Part shown: positions 11,054 through 22,583 of the stretch, in pieces
How positions within the stretch are numbered: the stretch's first letter is position 1
How the letters are laid out: each line of letters starts with the position of its first letter
Origin: a bacterium
GTDB lineage: Bacteria; UBA8248
NCBI GenBank assembly: GCA_965200245.1
Contig: CBDATS010000004.1
Span: 192,001-256,000, forward strand
Length of the DNA stretch: 64,000 nucleotides
Direction: 5' to 3'
Position numbers and translations under genes: made by a program
The notes under the pieces: model-generated
Databases searched by the model: none
The model's input: only the letters and a program-made list of their open reading frames with translations
Told to the model about the DNA's origin: nothing

Positions 11054-11455
11054 TCACCAAATCTCACAAAGAACTTCACCACCCACGCCCAGATTTCTCG
11101 CTTCCTCGTCCGTCACCACGCCACTCGAGGTCGTAAGAATAGCGATTCCCATGCCGTTGAGCACCTTGGGAACCGACTCTTTGTCCACGTACACGCGACG
11201 GCCGGGCTTGCTGACACGCTTCAAACCGCTCAATACCAACTTTCCGTCCTGGGGCGGCTTGAGCGTCACCATAATTCGGGTCTGCCCCTTGGGGCCCGGC
11301 TCAATATCGTATCCCTTGATGTAGCCCTGGGACTTGAGAATGCCGACGACGCTCTCCTTGAGTTTGCTGCCGGGGATTTCTGTACTGTCATGACCCGCGT
11401 TCACCGCATTGCGAATGCGCGTGAGAAGATCGGCAATAGGATCCGTCATACTCAT
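11054..11455 (-). CDS. rpsH: 30S ribosomal protein S8
   Basis: MSMTDPIADLLTRIRNA, SKPGRRVY; true start 11455 (track ORF is over-extended). Confidence 0.98.
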   Translation of the reverse strand: MSMTDPIADLLTRIRNAVNAGHDSTEIPGSKLKESVVGILKSQGYIKGYDIEPGPKGQTRIMVTLKPPQDGKLVLSGLKRVSKPGRRVYVDKESVPKVLNGMGIAILTTSSGVVTDEEARNLGVGGEVLCEIW

Positions 11456-11471
11456 ATTCTTCGCTCTCCGC

Positions 11472-11657
11472 CTACCAACTCGACTTCGTGACTCCCGGAA
11501 TCTCGCCCCGAAGCGACAATTCCCGGAAGCAGATCCGGCAAATCTTGAAACGCCGCAAATAGCCCCGCGGGCGCCCGCAACGCTGGCAGCGATTGTACGC
11601 ACGTACGCCGAACTTGGGCGTTTTCTTCTGTTTCGCAATCAAGCATTTTTTCGCCAC
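11472..11657 (-). CDS. rpsN: 30S ribosomal protein S14 type Z (Zn-binding)
   Basis: 61 aa, RCQRCGR..CRICFRE. Confidence 0.98.
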   Translation of the reverse strand: MAKKCLIAKQKKTPKFGVRAYNRCQRCGRPRGYLRRFKICRICFRELSLRGEIPGVTKSSW

Positions 11658-11668
11658 TGTATTTCCTC

Positions 11669-12220
11669 TTAATTCACCCGGAAGGGAACACCCAATTCGC
11701 GAAGCAGCGCCCTTCCTTCCTCATCCGTGTTCGCCGAGGTGTTCAAGACAATCCCGATACCTCGGGATTTCTCCACCTTGTCGATGTCGATTTCGGGAAA
11801 AATAATCTGCTCGCGAATCCCCAGACTGTAGTTTCCTCGACCGTCAAAGGACTTGGAGCTCAAACCCCTGAAATCGCGCACGCGGGGAAGCACCACGTTT
11901 ACGAGGCGATCCATGAAATCCCACATCCGGGCACCACGAAGTGTCACCATCGCTCCGATGGGCATTCCCTCGCGTAGTTTGAAGTTCGCGATGGATTTCC
12001 TCGCGCGCGTGATAACGGGCTTCTGGCCCGCTATGCTCGTCAACTCGGCGACGCCGTTCTCAAGAGTCGCCGCATTCTGGACAGCCTCTCCAAGTCCCAT
12101 ATTCAGTGTTACTTTCACAAGCCGCGGAACCCGCATGACGTTGGCGTATTCAAACTCCTTGCGGAGTTTGTCCATGATTTCGTCACGGTAAAGCTGCAAC
12201 ATTCTGGGAACGTACGCCAT
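11669..12220 (-). CDS. rplE: 50S ribosomal protein L5
   Basis: [22 protein letters not shown]. Confidence 0.99.
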   Translation of the reverse strand: MAYVPRMLQLYRDEIMDKLRKEFEYANVMRVPRLVKVTLNMGLGEAVQNAATLENGVAELTSIAGQKPVITRARKSIANFKLREGMPIGAMVTLRGARMWDFMDRLVNVVLPRVRDFRGLSSKSFDGRGNYSLGIREQIIFPEIDIDKVEKSRGIGIVLNTSANTDEEGRALLRELGVPFRVN

Positions 12221-12244
12221 TTCGACTGAAATCCTTCTCTTTTT

Positions 12245-12595
12245 CTATACCGTATCGAGCAATTCACCGCTGTGATGCGTCACACGTACGTGTGCGCCAT
12301 CCTCAAGCCGTCTTCTGCGAATCCGGGCAGGCTGATTCGTCTTCGGGTCCACGGGCATCACATTGGAAATGTGAATTTTCCCCTCCCGCTCCAGGATGCC
12401 GCCTTGCTGGTTCCCCTGACTCGGTTTCGTGTGCCGTTTCACTATATTCACCTTCTCGACAATCACACGGTTTTCATTTTTCAGCACCTGAAGCACCTTG
12501 CCGGTCTTTCCCTTCTCGCGACCCGTGATTACCTGAACGATATCGCCCTTTTTCACATGCGTTTTTCTCGGATTCGAACCCATCTCGTTTCTCAC
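12245..12595 (-). CDS. rplX: 50S ribosomal protein L24
   Basis: [26 protein letters not shown]. Confidence 0.97.
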   Translation of the reverse strand: MRNEMGSNPRKTHVKKGDIVQVITGREKGKTGKVLQVLKNENRVIVEKVNIVKRHTKPSQGNQQGGILEREGKIHISNVMPVDPKTNQPARIRRRRLEDGAHVRVTHHSGELLDTV

Positions 12596-12960
12596 AGAAC
12601 CTCAGGAGCGAGGGAAACGACGCGCATGAAACGCTTACGCCTCAACTCGCGGGCCACGGGTCCGAAAATGCGCGTCCCCATCGGTTCGCGCGCCTCATTG
12701 ATGATGACGACCGCGTTGTCGTCGAAGCGAATATAAGTGCCGTCCTCACGCCCGGTCTCCTTCACGGTGCGAACGACAACGGCACGTCGGACTTCCCCTT
12801 TCTTTACCGGGCTGTTCGGTATGGCTTCCTTAATCGCCACGACGATTATGTCGCCGATTCGCGCGTATCGCCGGCGCGACCCGCCCAACACTTTGATGCA
12901 CTGGGCGCGCTTCGCCCCCGAGTTGTCCGCTACACCACACATCGTTTCAACCTGAATCAT
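12592..12960 (-). CDS. rplN: 50S ribosomal protein L14
   Basis: [27 protein letters not shown]. Confidence 0.99.
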   Translation of the reverse strand: MIQVETMCGVADNSGAKRAQCIKVLGGSRRRYARIGDIIVVAIKEAIPNSPVKKGEVRRAVVVRTVKETGREDGTYIRFDDNAVVIINEAREPMGTRIFGPVARELRRKRFMRVVSLAPEVL

Positions 12961-12979
12961 TTTCCCTGTTTCCTACCTG

Positions 12980-13240
12980 CTATTTGCTGCGTTCAATCAC
13001 GTCCAGGAGACGCCAGCGCTTCCTCCGGCTGAGCGGCCTCGTTTCGATAATCCGCACCCTGTCTCCCGTATTCAGGGAGTTCTCCTCGTCATGAACCAGA
13101 TATTTCTTTCGCCTGCGCACGACGCGCTTGAAGGTCGTATGCTTGAAAAGACGCACCACCTCGACGGTGACAGTCTTGTCCATCACGTCGCTCACGACCC
13201 TGCCTTCGCGAACCTTCCGCCTGCCCCGAACCCGAGTCAT
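12980..13240 (-). CDS. rpsQ: 30S ribosomal protein S17
   Basis: GRVVSD.MDKTVTV, ETRPLSRRKRW. Confidence 0.98.
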   Translation of the reverse strand: MTRVRGRRKVREGRVVSDVMDKTVTVEVVRLFKHTTFKRVVRRRKKYLVHDEENSLNTGDRVRIIETRPLSRRKRWRLLDVIERSK

Positions 13241-13459
13241 CTAAGATTCCTCTCCCCAGGCGCCTGCCTGCTCGCTTTCCCGTTCTCGCTTGGAAGTCAA
13301 CACACGCGCCAAATCGCGCTTGAGTAGGCGGATGCGTGCTGTGTTGTCCAGTTGGCCCGTCGCCTTGCGAAAGTGAAGGTTGAACAACTCCTGACGCAAT
13401 TCCTTCTCCTTAAACCCGAGTTCGTCGTCACTCAATTCGAGAACTTCGCTGTATTTCAC
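13241..13459 (-). CDS. rpmC: 50S ribosomal protein L29
   Basis: ELFNLHF..ATGQL.N.ARIR; operon position. Confidence 0.96.
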   Translation of the reverse strand: MKYSEVLELSDDELGFKEKELRQELFNLHFRKATGQLDNTARIRLLKRDLARVLTSKRERESEQAGAWGEES

Positions 13460-13472
13460 CTAGTCACCCCCC

Positions 13473-13880
13473 TCATGAAGAGGTCACGATCCTGGTTTTG
13501 CACGGTAACTTTTGGGCAGCCAGACGGAGCGCCTCACGCGCGATGCCGTCGGCGACGCCGTCCATCTCGTAGAGGATTCTTCCGGCGCGCACAGGAGCCA
13601 CCCAATACTCGGGCGAGCCCTTGCCTTTGCCCATGCGAACCTCGGCCGGCTTCTTGCACATGGGTTTGTCCGGAAAAAGACGAATCCATATCCGTCCACC
13701 GCGTTTGATATAGCGCGTCATGGCGATACGGGCCGCTTCAATCTGGCGCGCCGTGATGTGCGCCGTTTCCAGGGTCTGAAGCCCGTAGGAGCCGAACGAG
13801 AGCGTCGAGCCGCGTTGGGCCTTTCCATCCAGACGCCCCTTTTGCATCTTCCTGAACTTCGTCCTTTTCGGTTGCAGCAT
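13473..13880 (-). CDS. rplP: 50S ribosomal protein L16
   Basis: [18 protein letters not shown]. Confidence 0.99.
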   Translation of the reverse strand: MLQPKRTKFRKMQKGRLDGKAQRGSTLSFGSYGLQTLETAHITARQIEAARIAMTRYIKRGGRIWIRLFPDKPMCKKPAEVRMGKGKGSPEYWVAPVRAGRILYEMDGVADGIAREALRLAAQKLPCKTRIVTSS

Positions 13881-13900
13881 GTCTTACCTCTAAGCGCCCG

Positions 13901-14563
13901 TTACGATCCCAACGTCTGGGAGGGAATTCTTCTCGCCTGACGGATCATCTCGCCCCGGAATATCCAGACCTTTACGCCAATGATCCCGTACGTCGTCTTG
14001 CCTTCGGCGAAACCGTAGTCGATGTCCGCGCGTAAGGTCTGGAGTGGCACGCGACCCTCCCGGTACCATTCCGTTCGCGCGATCTCCGCACCCCCAAGCC
14101 TGCCGGAGCACTGAATCTTCACACCCTTGGCACCAAAGCGAAGGGCCGAGGTCACGGCTTTCTTCATGGCACGGCGAAAAGCGATCCGGCGTTCTAGTTG
14201 CATGGCAATGTTCTCCGCCACAAGTTGGGCGTCCATCTCCGCCTTGCGCACTTCCTTGATGTTCACGTTTACCTGACCGCCGGTGAACTCCTGCAGATCC
14301 GCCTTGAGCCTGTCCACCTCTGCACCGCGTTTGCCGATGATAATGCCCGGCCGCGCGGTCCAGATGTTGATGCGCGCGCGCTCGCTGGCGCGCTCAATCT
14401 CTACATTGCTTACGCCCGCGTGGGAGAGGCGTTCCTTCACGAAATTACGGATACGCAGATCGTCCAGGAGTCGGTCGCCGAAATTATGTTTGGCGAACCA
14501 TTGCGAATTCCAGGCCTTGGTAATGCCTACCCGAAAACCGATGGGGTGAACCTTTTGACCCAT
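13901..14563 (-). CDS. rpsC: 30S ribosomal protein S3
   Basis: [25 protein letters not shown]. Confidence 0.99.
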   Translation of the reverse strand: MGQKVHPIGFRVGITKAWNSQWFAKHNFGDRLLDDLRIRNFVKERLSHAGVSNVEIERASERARINIWTARPGIIIGKRGAEVDRLKADLQEFTGGQVNVNIKEVRKAEMDAQLVAENIAMQLERRIAFRRAMKKAVTSALRFGAKGVKIQCSGRLGGAEIARTEWYREGRVPLQTLRADIDYGFAEGKTTYGIIGVKVWIFRGEMIRQARRIPSQTLGS

Positions 14564-14572
14564 TTGTATCCC

Positions 14573-14908
14573 CTAATTCGCTTCGCCGATATCCACTCGA
14601 ATGTGGCAGCTTCTGTGCGTTACGCGACCGACACGCCCGCGCGCGCGCGCGCGGAACCGCTTTTGCACCGGGCCCCCATCTACCCGAACGCTCTTCACGA
14701 TGAGGCCTTCGGGATCGTCGTGCTCGCCCTTGTCGGTGGCGTTCGCAAGTGCGGAAAGAAGTACCTTCTCCATCACCCTGGCCGATGAGCGCGTGGACAG
14801 ACGCAAAAGGGTGAGAGCATCCGCCACCCGCTTGCCACGGAGCATGTCCGCTAACTGACGCGTCTTGCGCGGCTTGGCTCGGTAATATTTCAAAATCGCC
14901 TTGGACAT
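14573..14908 (-). CDS. rplV: 50S ribosomal protein L22
   Basis: KRFRARARGR; operon position. Confidence 0.97.
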   Translation of the reverse strand: MSKAILKYYRAKPRKTRQLADMLRGKRVADALTLLRLSTRSSARVMEKVLLSALANATDKGEHDDPEGLIVKSVRVDGGPVQKRFRARARGRVGRVTHRSCHIRVDIGEAN

Positions 14909-14945
14909 GTCGCTCCCTACCTTGCTTGGGCTTATCCACCCAAAC

Positions 14946-15230
14946 CTATTTCAATGTGACCTGTCGCTTCGTCATTCCCGAGTGCGAGCGGAACGTACGG
15001 CTGGGAGAAAAGTCTCCAAGCTTGAAGCCCACCATGTTCTCCGTCACGTTCACCGGCACGAACTTCTTTCCGTTATGTACGGCGAAAGTGTGGCCGACGA
15101 AATCGGGAATGATGGTGGAGCGTCTCGACCAGGTTCTGATCATCCGCTTCTCGCCGCTCTCATCCATCGCCTCCACTTTCCTCCGAAGATGATCGTCTAC
15201 GAATGGACCCTTGTGAAGAGAACGTGGCAT
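14946..15230 (-). CDS. rpsS: 30S ribosomal protein S19
   Basis: [18 protein letters not shown]. Confidence 0.99.
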   Translation of the reverse strand: MPRSLHKGPFVDDHLRRKVEAMDESGEKRMIRTWSRRSTIIPDFVGHTFAVHNGKKFVPVNVTENMVGFKLGDFSPSRTFRSHSGMTKRQVTLK

Positions 15231-15256
15231 CGCTATCCAATCTCCCTCGATTCCGG

Positions 15257-16087
15257 CTACCTGGACTTTCTTCGCCGCACGATGAATTTAGAAGAAGGTT
15301 TCCCCTTCTTCCGCGTCTTGTATCCTTTCGTCGGCTTGCCCCACGGAGTCACCGGGTGCCTGCCGCCCGAACTCTTGCCCTCTCCGCCGCCCAGGGGATG
15401 ATCCACCGGGTTCATAGCCACACCCCGTACGTTAGGACGGCGACCCAGCCATCGCTTGCGCCCTGCCTTACCAAGGCTCACGTTGCTGTGGTCAGAATTG
15501 CCCACCACGCCTATCGTCGCGTAGCAGGAGAGGTGAATCATGCGGACCTCGCCGGAGGAGAGCCGAAACTGCGCGTAACTTCCCTCCTTCGCCATGAGTT
15601 GGGCCCGCACACCCGCGCTGCGGGCAATTTGTCCGCCGCGTCCGGGCTTCATCTCGATGTTGTGGCACGTGGTCCCCAGCGGAATCCGCTCCACGGGCAA
15701 CGCATTGCCGACGCGAATTTCCGCGTCAGGTCCTGAACTTACGGTCGCGCCCACTTCCAAGCCGTCAGGCGCGAGAATATAGCGCTTCTCCCCATCGAGA
15801 TAGACGATGAGCGCCAGGCGCGCGGATCTGTTGGGGTCATATTCGATAGAGCGCACCTTACCGGGCACACCGGTTTTCTCGCGCCGAAAATCCACTATCC
15901 GGTAGCGACGTTTGTGGCCCCCGCCCCGCTGGTAGGTGGTGATTCGACCCCGATTATTTCTGCCGCCGGATTTCGACATCCCCTTGGTCAGGGACTTCTC
16001 GGGTCGATCGGTAGTGAGTTCGTCGCGTAAGAGAACATCCTGGAATCTTCGCCCAGGAGAAGTCGGCTTGTATTTTTTCACCGGCAT
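15257..16087 (-). CDS. rplB: 50S ribosomal protein L2
   Basis: [26 protein letters not shown]. Confidence 0.99.
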   Translation of the reverse strand: MPVKKYKPTSPGRRFQDVLLRDELTTDRPEKSLTKGMSKSGGRNNRGRITTYQRGGGHKRRYRIVDFRREKTGVPGKVRSIEYDPNRSARLALIVYLDGEKRYILAPDGLEVGATVSSGPDAEIRVGNALPVERIPLGTTCHNIEMKPGRGGQIARSAGVRAQLMAKEGSYAQFRLSSGEVRMIHLSCYATIGVVGNSDHSNVSLGKAGRKRWLGRRPNVRGVAMNPVDHPLGGGEGKSSGGRHPVTPWGKPTKGYKTRKKGKPSSKFIVRRRKSR

Positions 16088-16104
16088 AACATGCGCCTCA
16101 AAAA

Positions 16105-16392
16105 CTAAGCTGATTCAAAAAACTCGATAGTGTCGCCTTCGCGCAGCGTCACAATCGCTTTTTTCCATGCGGGCTTTTGGCCCAGATAACGGCCCATGCG
16201 AACCTTCTTTCCTTGCACTCGCATCGTGTTCACACGCAGCACCGTGACGCCGAACAACTCCTGTACCGCTTTTTTGATCTGTATCTTGTTCGCTCCGACG
16301 GCGACTTCGAAAACAACCTTGTTCGCCATTTCCGTGCCTGCGATGCTCTTTTCCGTCACGCAGGGTCTGCGAATGATGGATGTGCTTTCCAT
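16105..16392 (-). CDS. rplW: 50S ribosomal protein L23
   Basis: [14 protein letters not shown]. Confidence 0.98.
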   Translation of the reverse strand: MESTSIIRRPCVTEKSIAGTEMANKVVFEVAVGANKIQIKKAVQELFGVTVLRVNTMRVQGKKVRMGRYLGQKPAWKKAIVTLREGDTIEFFESA

Positions 16393-16395
16393 AAC

Positions 16396-17022
16396 CTAGC
16401 CCGCCAACCTTTTCAAGATGCCGTCGATCGCGCCCTTGGTGCAAACAAGATGTTCATGGCCCATGATGTCGTATACATTCAGACCCTCAGGGCGCATCGG
16501 CCTCGCGCCATGGATGTTTCTCGTGGCCAATTCGAAATTCCGCTCGCCACCATCGTCCACGATGAGTGCCTTGCGTCCCAGATTGAGGTTCTTGATAACC
16601 TCCTTCATGAGACGCGTCTTGGGCTCCGGCAGACTGAGGTCGCGCACAATGAGCAGCTTTCCCTCTTTCCATTTGAGATTGAGGACGCTCCTGAGCGCGC
16701 CGCTCTTCATCTTCTTATTCATCTTCTGGCTGTAATCGCGGGGCTTGGGTCCGAAGGTGGTGCCCCCGTGTCGCCATATCGGTGATTTCACGTCGCCCGC
16801 GCGTGCACGTCCACCGCCCTTTTGGCGGAAGGGCTTGGATCCCCTGCCATGCACTTCCTTGCGCGTCAACGTGGAATGCGTACCTGCACGACGCGATGCG
16901 AGTTGCGCCTTTACCATCTGATGGATCAGATGCATCTTGACCTGCCCGTCAAATACGGACTCGGGCAAATCCATCTGTTCCACCACCGCACCTTCGAGGT
17001 CATACACATCGATTTGGGGCAT
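16396..17022 (-). CDS. rplD: 50S ribosomal protein L4
   Basis: KPFRQKG.GRARAG, GGTTFGPKPRDY. Confidence 0.98.
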   Translation of the reverse strand: MPQIDVYDLEGAVVEQMDLPESVFDGQVKMHLIHQMVKAQLASRRAGTHSTLTRKEVHGRGSKPFRQKGGGRARAGDVKSPIWRHGGTTFGPKPRDYSQKMNKKMKSGALRSVLNLKWKEGKLLIVRDLSLPEPKTRLMKEVIKNLNLGRKALIVDDGGERNFELATRNIHGARPMRPEGLNVYDIMGHEHLVCTKGAIDGILKRLAG

Positions 17023-17030
17023 GTCGATCC

Positions 17031-17744
17031 TCAATTGCCTCGCGCGGCCCGCTTGGAGGCCTTCAAGGGATTCAGGCTTCTTGCTTGCTCTTTGGGTTTC
17101 TCCAGCCCGCCCCTGTTACCTTTGAGGCTCCTGCGTAAAACCACAAATCCATTGCTCGCACCGGGCACGGCACCCCTGAGCAGAAGCAAATTCTGCTCGG
17201 GGATGATATCCACTACCAGAAGTCCCTGGGTGGTGACCTTCTCGTTCCCCATTTGACCCGGCATTTTCTTGCCCTTGATGATCTTCGAGGGATAGGCAGA
17301 GGCTCCCATCGCCCCCGGCAGGCGATCGAACATGCCGCCGTGAGATGCCGGACCGCCGCCGAATCCATGGCGCTTCATCACGCCGGCAAAGCCGCGGCCT
17401 TTGCTCGTACCCGTTACGTCGAGCCTGTCGCCGCGATCGAATATCGTCACATCGACAAGGCTACCTGCCTCAAGTTCCGCGTCCTCATCATCAAGCGGAA
17501 CTTCCCTCAGGTAGCGAAACGGCTGTGTTTTCGCTTTTTGAAAATGGCCCAAGGCTGCTTTCGAGAGGCCCTTCTCCTTTCGAGGCATGTACCCGAGCTG
17601 AACAGCCGCATAACCGTCGTTTTCCTCGGTCTTTCTCTGCACGACAGTACAAGGACCCGCCTCGACCACCGTTACCGATATGGCTCCGCCATCCGGTGAG
17701 AACACCTGGGTCATCCCGATTTTTCGGCCAAGTAAAAATTGCAT
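17031..17744 (-). CDS. rplC: 50S ribosomal protein L3
   Basis: GRKIGMTQVF, SKGRGFAGVMKRH, GAVPG. Confidence 0.99.
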   Translation of the reverse strand: MQFLLGRKIGMTQVFSPDGGAISVTVVEAGPCTVVQRKTEENDGYAAVQLGYMPRKEKGLSKAALGHFQKAKTQPFRYLREVPLDDEDAELEAGSLVDVTIFDRGDRLDVTGTSKGRGFAGVMKRHGFGGGPASHGGMFDRLPGAMGASAYPSKIIKGKKMPGQMGNEKVTTQGLLVVDIIPEQNLLLLRGAVPGASNGFVVLRRSLKGNRGGLEKPKEQARSLNPLKASKRAARGN

Positions 17745-17757
17745 TACATCATCCCGT

Positions 17758-18066
17758 CTAGTTCAGCTTGATCTCGACGTCCACGCCGGCCGCGAGTTCC
17801 AGTTTCATGAGCGCATCCACCGTCTGCTGCGTGGGCTCCATGATGTCCACGAGTCGCTTATGCGTCCGGATTTCGAACTGCTCTCTCGATTTCTTGTCGA
17901 TGTGCGGACCACGCAACACCGTATACTTGTTGATGGAAGTAGGCAGCGGCACTGGCCCCACGAGCGAAGCACCTGTTCGCTTCACCGTATCGACGATTTC
18001 ACCCACGGACTGATCCAGCAGGCGGTGATCGTAGGCCTTCAGTCGAATCCGAATCTTTTGGCTCAT
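17758..18066 (-). CDS. rpsJ: 30S ribosomal protein S10
   Basis: [23 protein letters not shown]. Confidence 0.99.
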   Translation of the reverse strand: MSQKIRIRLKAYDHRLLDQSVGEIVDTVKRTGASLVGPVPLPTSINKYTVLRGPHIDKKSREQFEIRTHKRLVDIMEPTQQTVDALMKLELAAGVDVEIKLN

Positions 18067-18087
18067 CTTCTCGCGCTATCCTTCCAT

Positions 18088-19302
<1,215 letters not shown>

Positions 19303-19337
19303 GAGAGGGCGACTCGCCCTCTCCTGAAAGTAAACGT

Positions 19338-21443
19338 CTATACCGCCTCGACTACCGTGCCGGCGTTTTTCGCCATCAGTTCCTCGGAAAGTTGCCGTGG
19401 CATTTCTTCGTATCGACCGAACTGCATGGTGTAGGTTGCCCTGCCCTGGGTCATCGACCTTACGTCGGTTGCATAACCAAACATTTCCGAAAGCGGAACG
19501 GAGGCATTCACCACCTTGGCGCCCGCCCTGTCTTCCATCTCGCGAATCCGCCCTCGTCGGGAGGTGAGATCTCCCATGACGTCACCCAGAAAGTCCGAGG
19601 GACAAACGACTTCCATATCCATGATCGGTTCCAGCAGGACCGGCTTCGCCTTCTTCGCAGCTTCCCGGAAGGCCATGGAGCCTGCGATTTTGAAGGCGAT
19701 CTCCGAACTGTCGACCGCATGGAACGACCCGTCGAAAAGCGTGACCTCAATGTCGAGCAACGGATATCCGGCCATAACGCCGTTTTCCATGGCTTCCCTG
19801 ACACCGTTCTCGACCGCCGGAATGTATTCCCTTGGAACCACGCCACCTACAATCTTGTTGACGAACTGAAAACCGCCGCCGGGAGCAAGCGGTTTGATGG
19901 TAATCTCCACATCCCCGAACTGGCCGCGTCCACCGGACTGGCGTACGAAGCGACCCCTCGCGGTGGCCTCAGCCCGAATCGTCTCGCGGTAGGCGACCTG
20001 GGGTTTGCCCACGCTGGCCTCCAGCGCGAATTCGCGGAAAAGCCTGTCCACCAGAATCTCCAAATGCAACTCGCCCATGCCGGAGAGGATAGTCTGCGCC
20101 GTTTCTTCATCCGAGCACACCCGGAAGGTCGGGTCCTCATCGGATAGCCTCGCCAGGGCGTTGCCAAGCTTGTCTTGGTCCGATTTCGTTTTCGGTTCCA
20201 CGGCGATGGAGATGACAGGTTCGGGGAAGTTGATAGTTTCAAGAAGGATAGGATGAGATGGAGCGCAGAGAGTATGGCCCGTTTTGGCCTGTTTGATGCC
20301 CAGGGCGGCGACGATGTCGCCAGCGTGGGCCTCCTGTATCTCCTCGCGCTTGTTTGCGTGCATGCGCATGAGGCGTCCTACGCGTTCCTGCTTGCCGGTG
20401 ATCGTGTTCAGCACGGAAGAACCCGATTTCAGCACGCCGGAGTATATGCGAATGAACACCAACTGGCCCACATAGGGATCCGTCATCACCTTGAAGGCGA
20501 GCGCGCAGAGCGGCTCTTCGTCCGAGGGCACTCTTTCCTCAGGCTTTCGGCCCAGTTCCAAATCTTCATCCGACAATTCAGCCTGAACAGGGGGAATATC
20601 AAGAGGAGAGGGAAGATATTCGACGATTGCGTCGAGAAGGAGTTGAACACCCTTGTTCCTAAACGCAGAGCCGCATACGACGGGAACGAATTCACCGCAG
20701 ATCGTTCCCTGCCGGATCGCGGCCCGGATCTCCTCGGGAGCAATTTCCTCGCCTTCCAAGTATTTCTCCATCAAAGAATCGTCGAACATCGAGAGCGTGT
20801 CGAAAAGCTTTTCCCTCAAATCATCGGCTGCGGCCCGGACCTCCTCGGGCACTTCTGACTCTTCGTAGGATGCACCCATCGGGTCGTCGAACACCCGTGC
20901 CTTCATGGTCACGAGATCGACCATGCCCAAAAAGTTCTCCTCCGCCCCGATGGGCAGTTGAAGCACAAGCGGGTTTGCCGCGAGGCGCTCCCTCACTTCC
21001 TCGACCACCCTTTGGAAATCGGCACCCGTCCTGTCCATCTTGTTGACAAACACGAGCCGGGGCACGCCGTATTTCTCCGCCTGCCGCCAGACGGTCTCGC
21101 TTTGCGGCTCCACGCCACCAACGGCACAAAAAACCGCCACCGCGCCGTCCAGGACGCGCAGGCTTCTCTCCACCTCGGCCGTGAAGTCCACGTGGCCAGG
21201 CGTGTCGATGATGTTAATGACGTGATCTTTCCAGGCGCAGCGCGTCGCCGCGGAGGTAATGGTGATGCCGCGTTCCTGTTCTTGCGCCATCCAGTCCATG
21301 GCGGCCGCGCCATCATGCACCTCGCCCATCTTGTGGGTCCTGCCCGTATAGAACAGGACGCGCTCGGTCGTCGTCGTCTTGCCGGCATCAATGTGTGCCA
21401 TGATGCCGATGTTTCTCGTATTCCTGAGCGCTTCGCTGGGCAC
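19338..21443 (-). CDS. fusA: Elongation factor G
   Basis: [24 protein letters not shown]; likely GTG start at 21443. Confidence 0.99.
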   Translation of the reverse strand: MPSEALRNTRNIGIMAHIDAGKTTTTERVLFYTGRTHKMGEVHDGAAAMDWMAQEQERGITITSAATRCAWKDHVINIIDTPGHVDFTAEVERSLRVLDGAVAVFCAVGGVEPQSETVWRQAEKYGVPRLVFVNKMDRTGADFQRVVEEVRERLAANPLVLQLPIGAEENFLGMVDLVTMKARVFDDPMGASYEESEVPEEVRAAADDLREKLFDTLSMFDDSLMEKYLEGEEIAPEEIRAAIRQGTICGEFVPVVCGSAFRNKGVQLLLDAIVEYLPSPLDIPPVQAELSDEDLELGRKPEERVPSDEEPLCALAFKVMTDPYVGQLVFIRIYSGVLKSGSSVLNTITGKQERVGRLMRMHANKREEIQEAHAGDIVAALGIKQAKTGHTLCAPSHPILLETINFPEPVISIAVEPKTKSDQDKLGNALARLSDEDPTFRVCSDEETAQTILSGMGELHLEILVDRLFREFALEASVGKPQVAYRETIRAEATARGRFVRQSGGRGQFGDVEITIKPLAPGGGFQFVNKIVGGVVPREYIPAVENGVREAMENGVMAGYPLLDIEVTLFDGSFHAVDSSEIAFKIAGSMAFREAAKKAKPVLLEPIMDMEVVCPSDFLGDVMGDLTSRRGRIREMEDRAGAKVVNASVPLSEMFGYATDVRSMTQGRATYTMQFGRYEEMPRQLSEELMAKNAGTVVEAV

Positions 21444-21463
21444 GGTCTTACCCTTCCCTCGGC

Positions 21464-21931
21464 CTACCAACGATAATGAGCGAAGGCCTTGTTCGCCTCC
21501 GCCATGCGGTGTGTGTTTTCTCTCAGACGAACAGCGCCACCCGTATCGTTCGCTGCGTCCATGATCTCGGCGGCGAGGCCGTTCGCAATCTTCCTGTCCC
21601 GGCTGCGGGCGTTCTGAATGATCCAGCGGATGCTGAGTGCCGTGCGCCTGTCGGGTCGTACTTCCACAGGCACCTGATAGGTGGCGCCACCCACACGCCT
21701 GGAGCGAACCTCCAGAGCAGGCTTCACGTTGTCCATGGCACGCTTGAAGACCTTGATGGGGTCTTCCTTCATCTTCTCCTCCACCACGTCCATCGCTCCG
21801 TAGAATACCCGTTCGGCCAAGCTCTTCTTCCCCTTGAGCATCAAGGAGTTAATAAACTTGGTCACAAGCCGGTCATTGAACTTCGGATCCGGCAAAACGG
21901 TTCTTTTCGTAGCCCTTTTTCTTCTCGCCAT
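21464..21931 (-). CDS. rpsG: 30S ribosomal protein S7
   Basis: [24 protein letters not shown]. Confidence 0.99.
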   Translation of the reverse strand: MARRKRATKRTVLPDPKFNDRLVTKFINSLMLKGKKSLAERVFYGAMDVVEEKMKEDPIKVFKRAMDNVKPALEVRSRRVGGATYQVPVEVRPDRRTALSIRWIIQNARSRDRKIANGLAAEIMDAANDTGGAVRLRENTHRMAEANKAFAHYRW

Positions 21932-21956
21932 GGAAAATGAATCTCCTTACTGCCGC

Positions 21957-22328
21957 CTACTTCGGCTTTTTCGCCCCGTATTTGGAGCGTCCGTTGCGGC
22001 GCGCTTCCACACCCACACTGTCAAGAGTTCCCCGGACGACGTGATAGCGAATGCCAGGCAGGTCCTTCACACGCCCGCCACGAATCAAGACGATGGAGTG
22101 TTCCTGCAAGTTGTGTCCCTCACCCGGAATATAGGTGGTCACCTCCATTCCGTTGGTAAGGCGCACACGCGCGACCTTCCTGAGTGCTGAGTTCGGCTTT
22201 TTGGGCGTCGTCGTGTACACGCGCACGCAAACGCCGCGCCTCTGGGGACAGTTTCGCAGCGCGGGACTGTCGGTCTTCGTGTGAATCCGCTTGCGTCCCT
22301 TGCGTATCAACTGGCTTATCGTCGGCAC
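21957..22328 (-). CDS. rpsL: 30S ribosomal protein S12
   Basis: [20 protein letters not shown]. Confidence 0.99.
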   Translation of the reverse strand: MPTISQLIRKGRKRIHTKTDSPALRNCPQRRGVCVRVYTTTPKKPNSALRKVARVRLTNGMEVTTYIPGEGHNLQEHSIVLIRGGRVKDLPGIRYHVVRGTLDSVGVEARRNGRSKYGAKKPK

Positions 22329-22528
22329 CGTTCACTCCGAATCGTTAGATAACTGCCTCAAAAATCCCGCACCTTCAAGACCAAAGCGTTCTCCACCCTC
22401 ATCTCAGGGCACTCAATTCGTTCCTCGGCCTAGCCCTGAGACGGGTCAGCCAAATATTCATAATAATTTCAATTGCTTGCAAGGTTCTACGACTTCAAGA
22501 ACCTAGCACGCCAGACAACGAAGCGGCG

Positions 22529-22556
22529 ATTATAGCCCTACACGCGCTCTTGTCAA
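22529..22556 (-). promoter_or_regulatory. Sigma70 promoter of the str/S10 operon
   Basis: Perfect TTGACA-N16-TATAAT on the minus strand, ~200 nt upstream of rpsL. Confidence 0.85.
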
Positions 22557-22583
22557 CCTAGGGTGATGAAAAAAATACATATT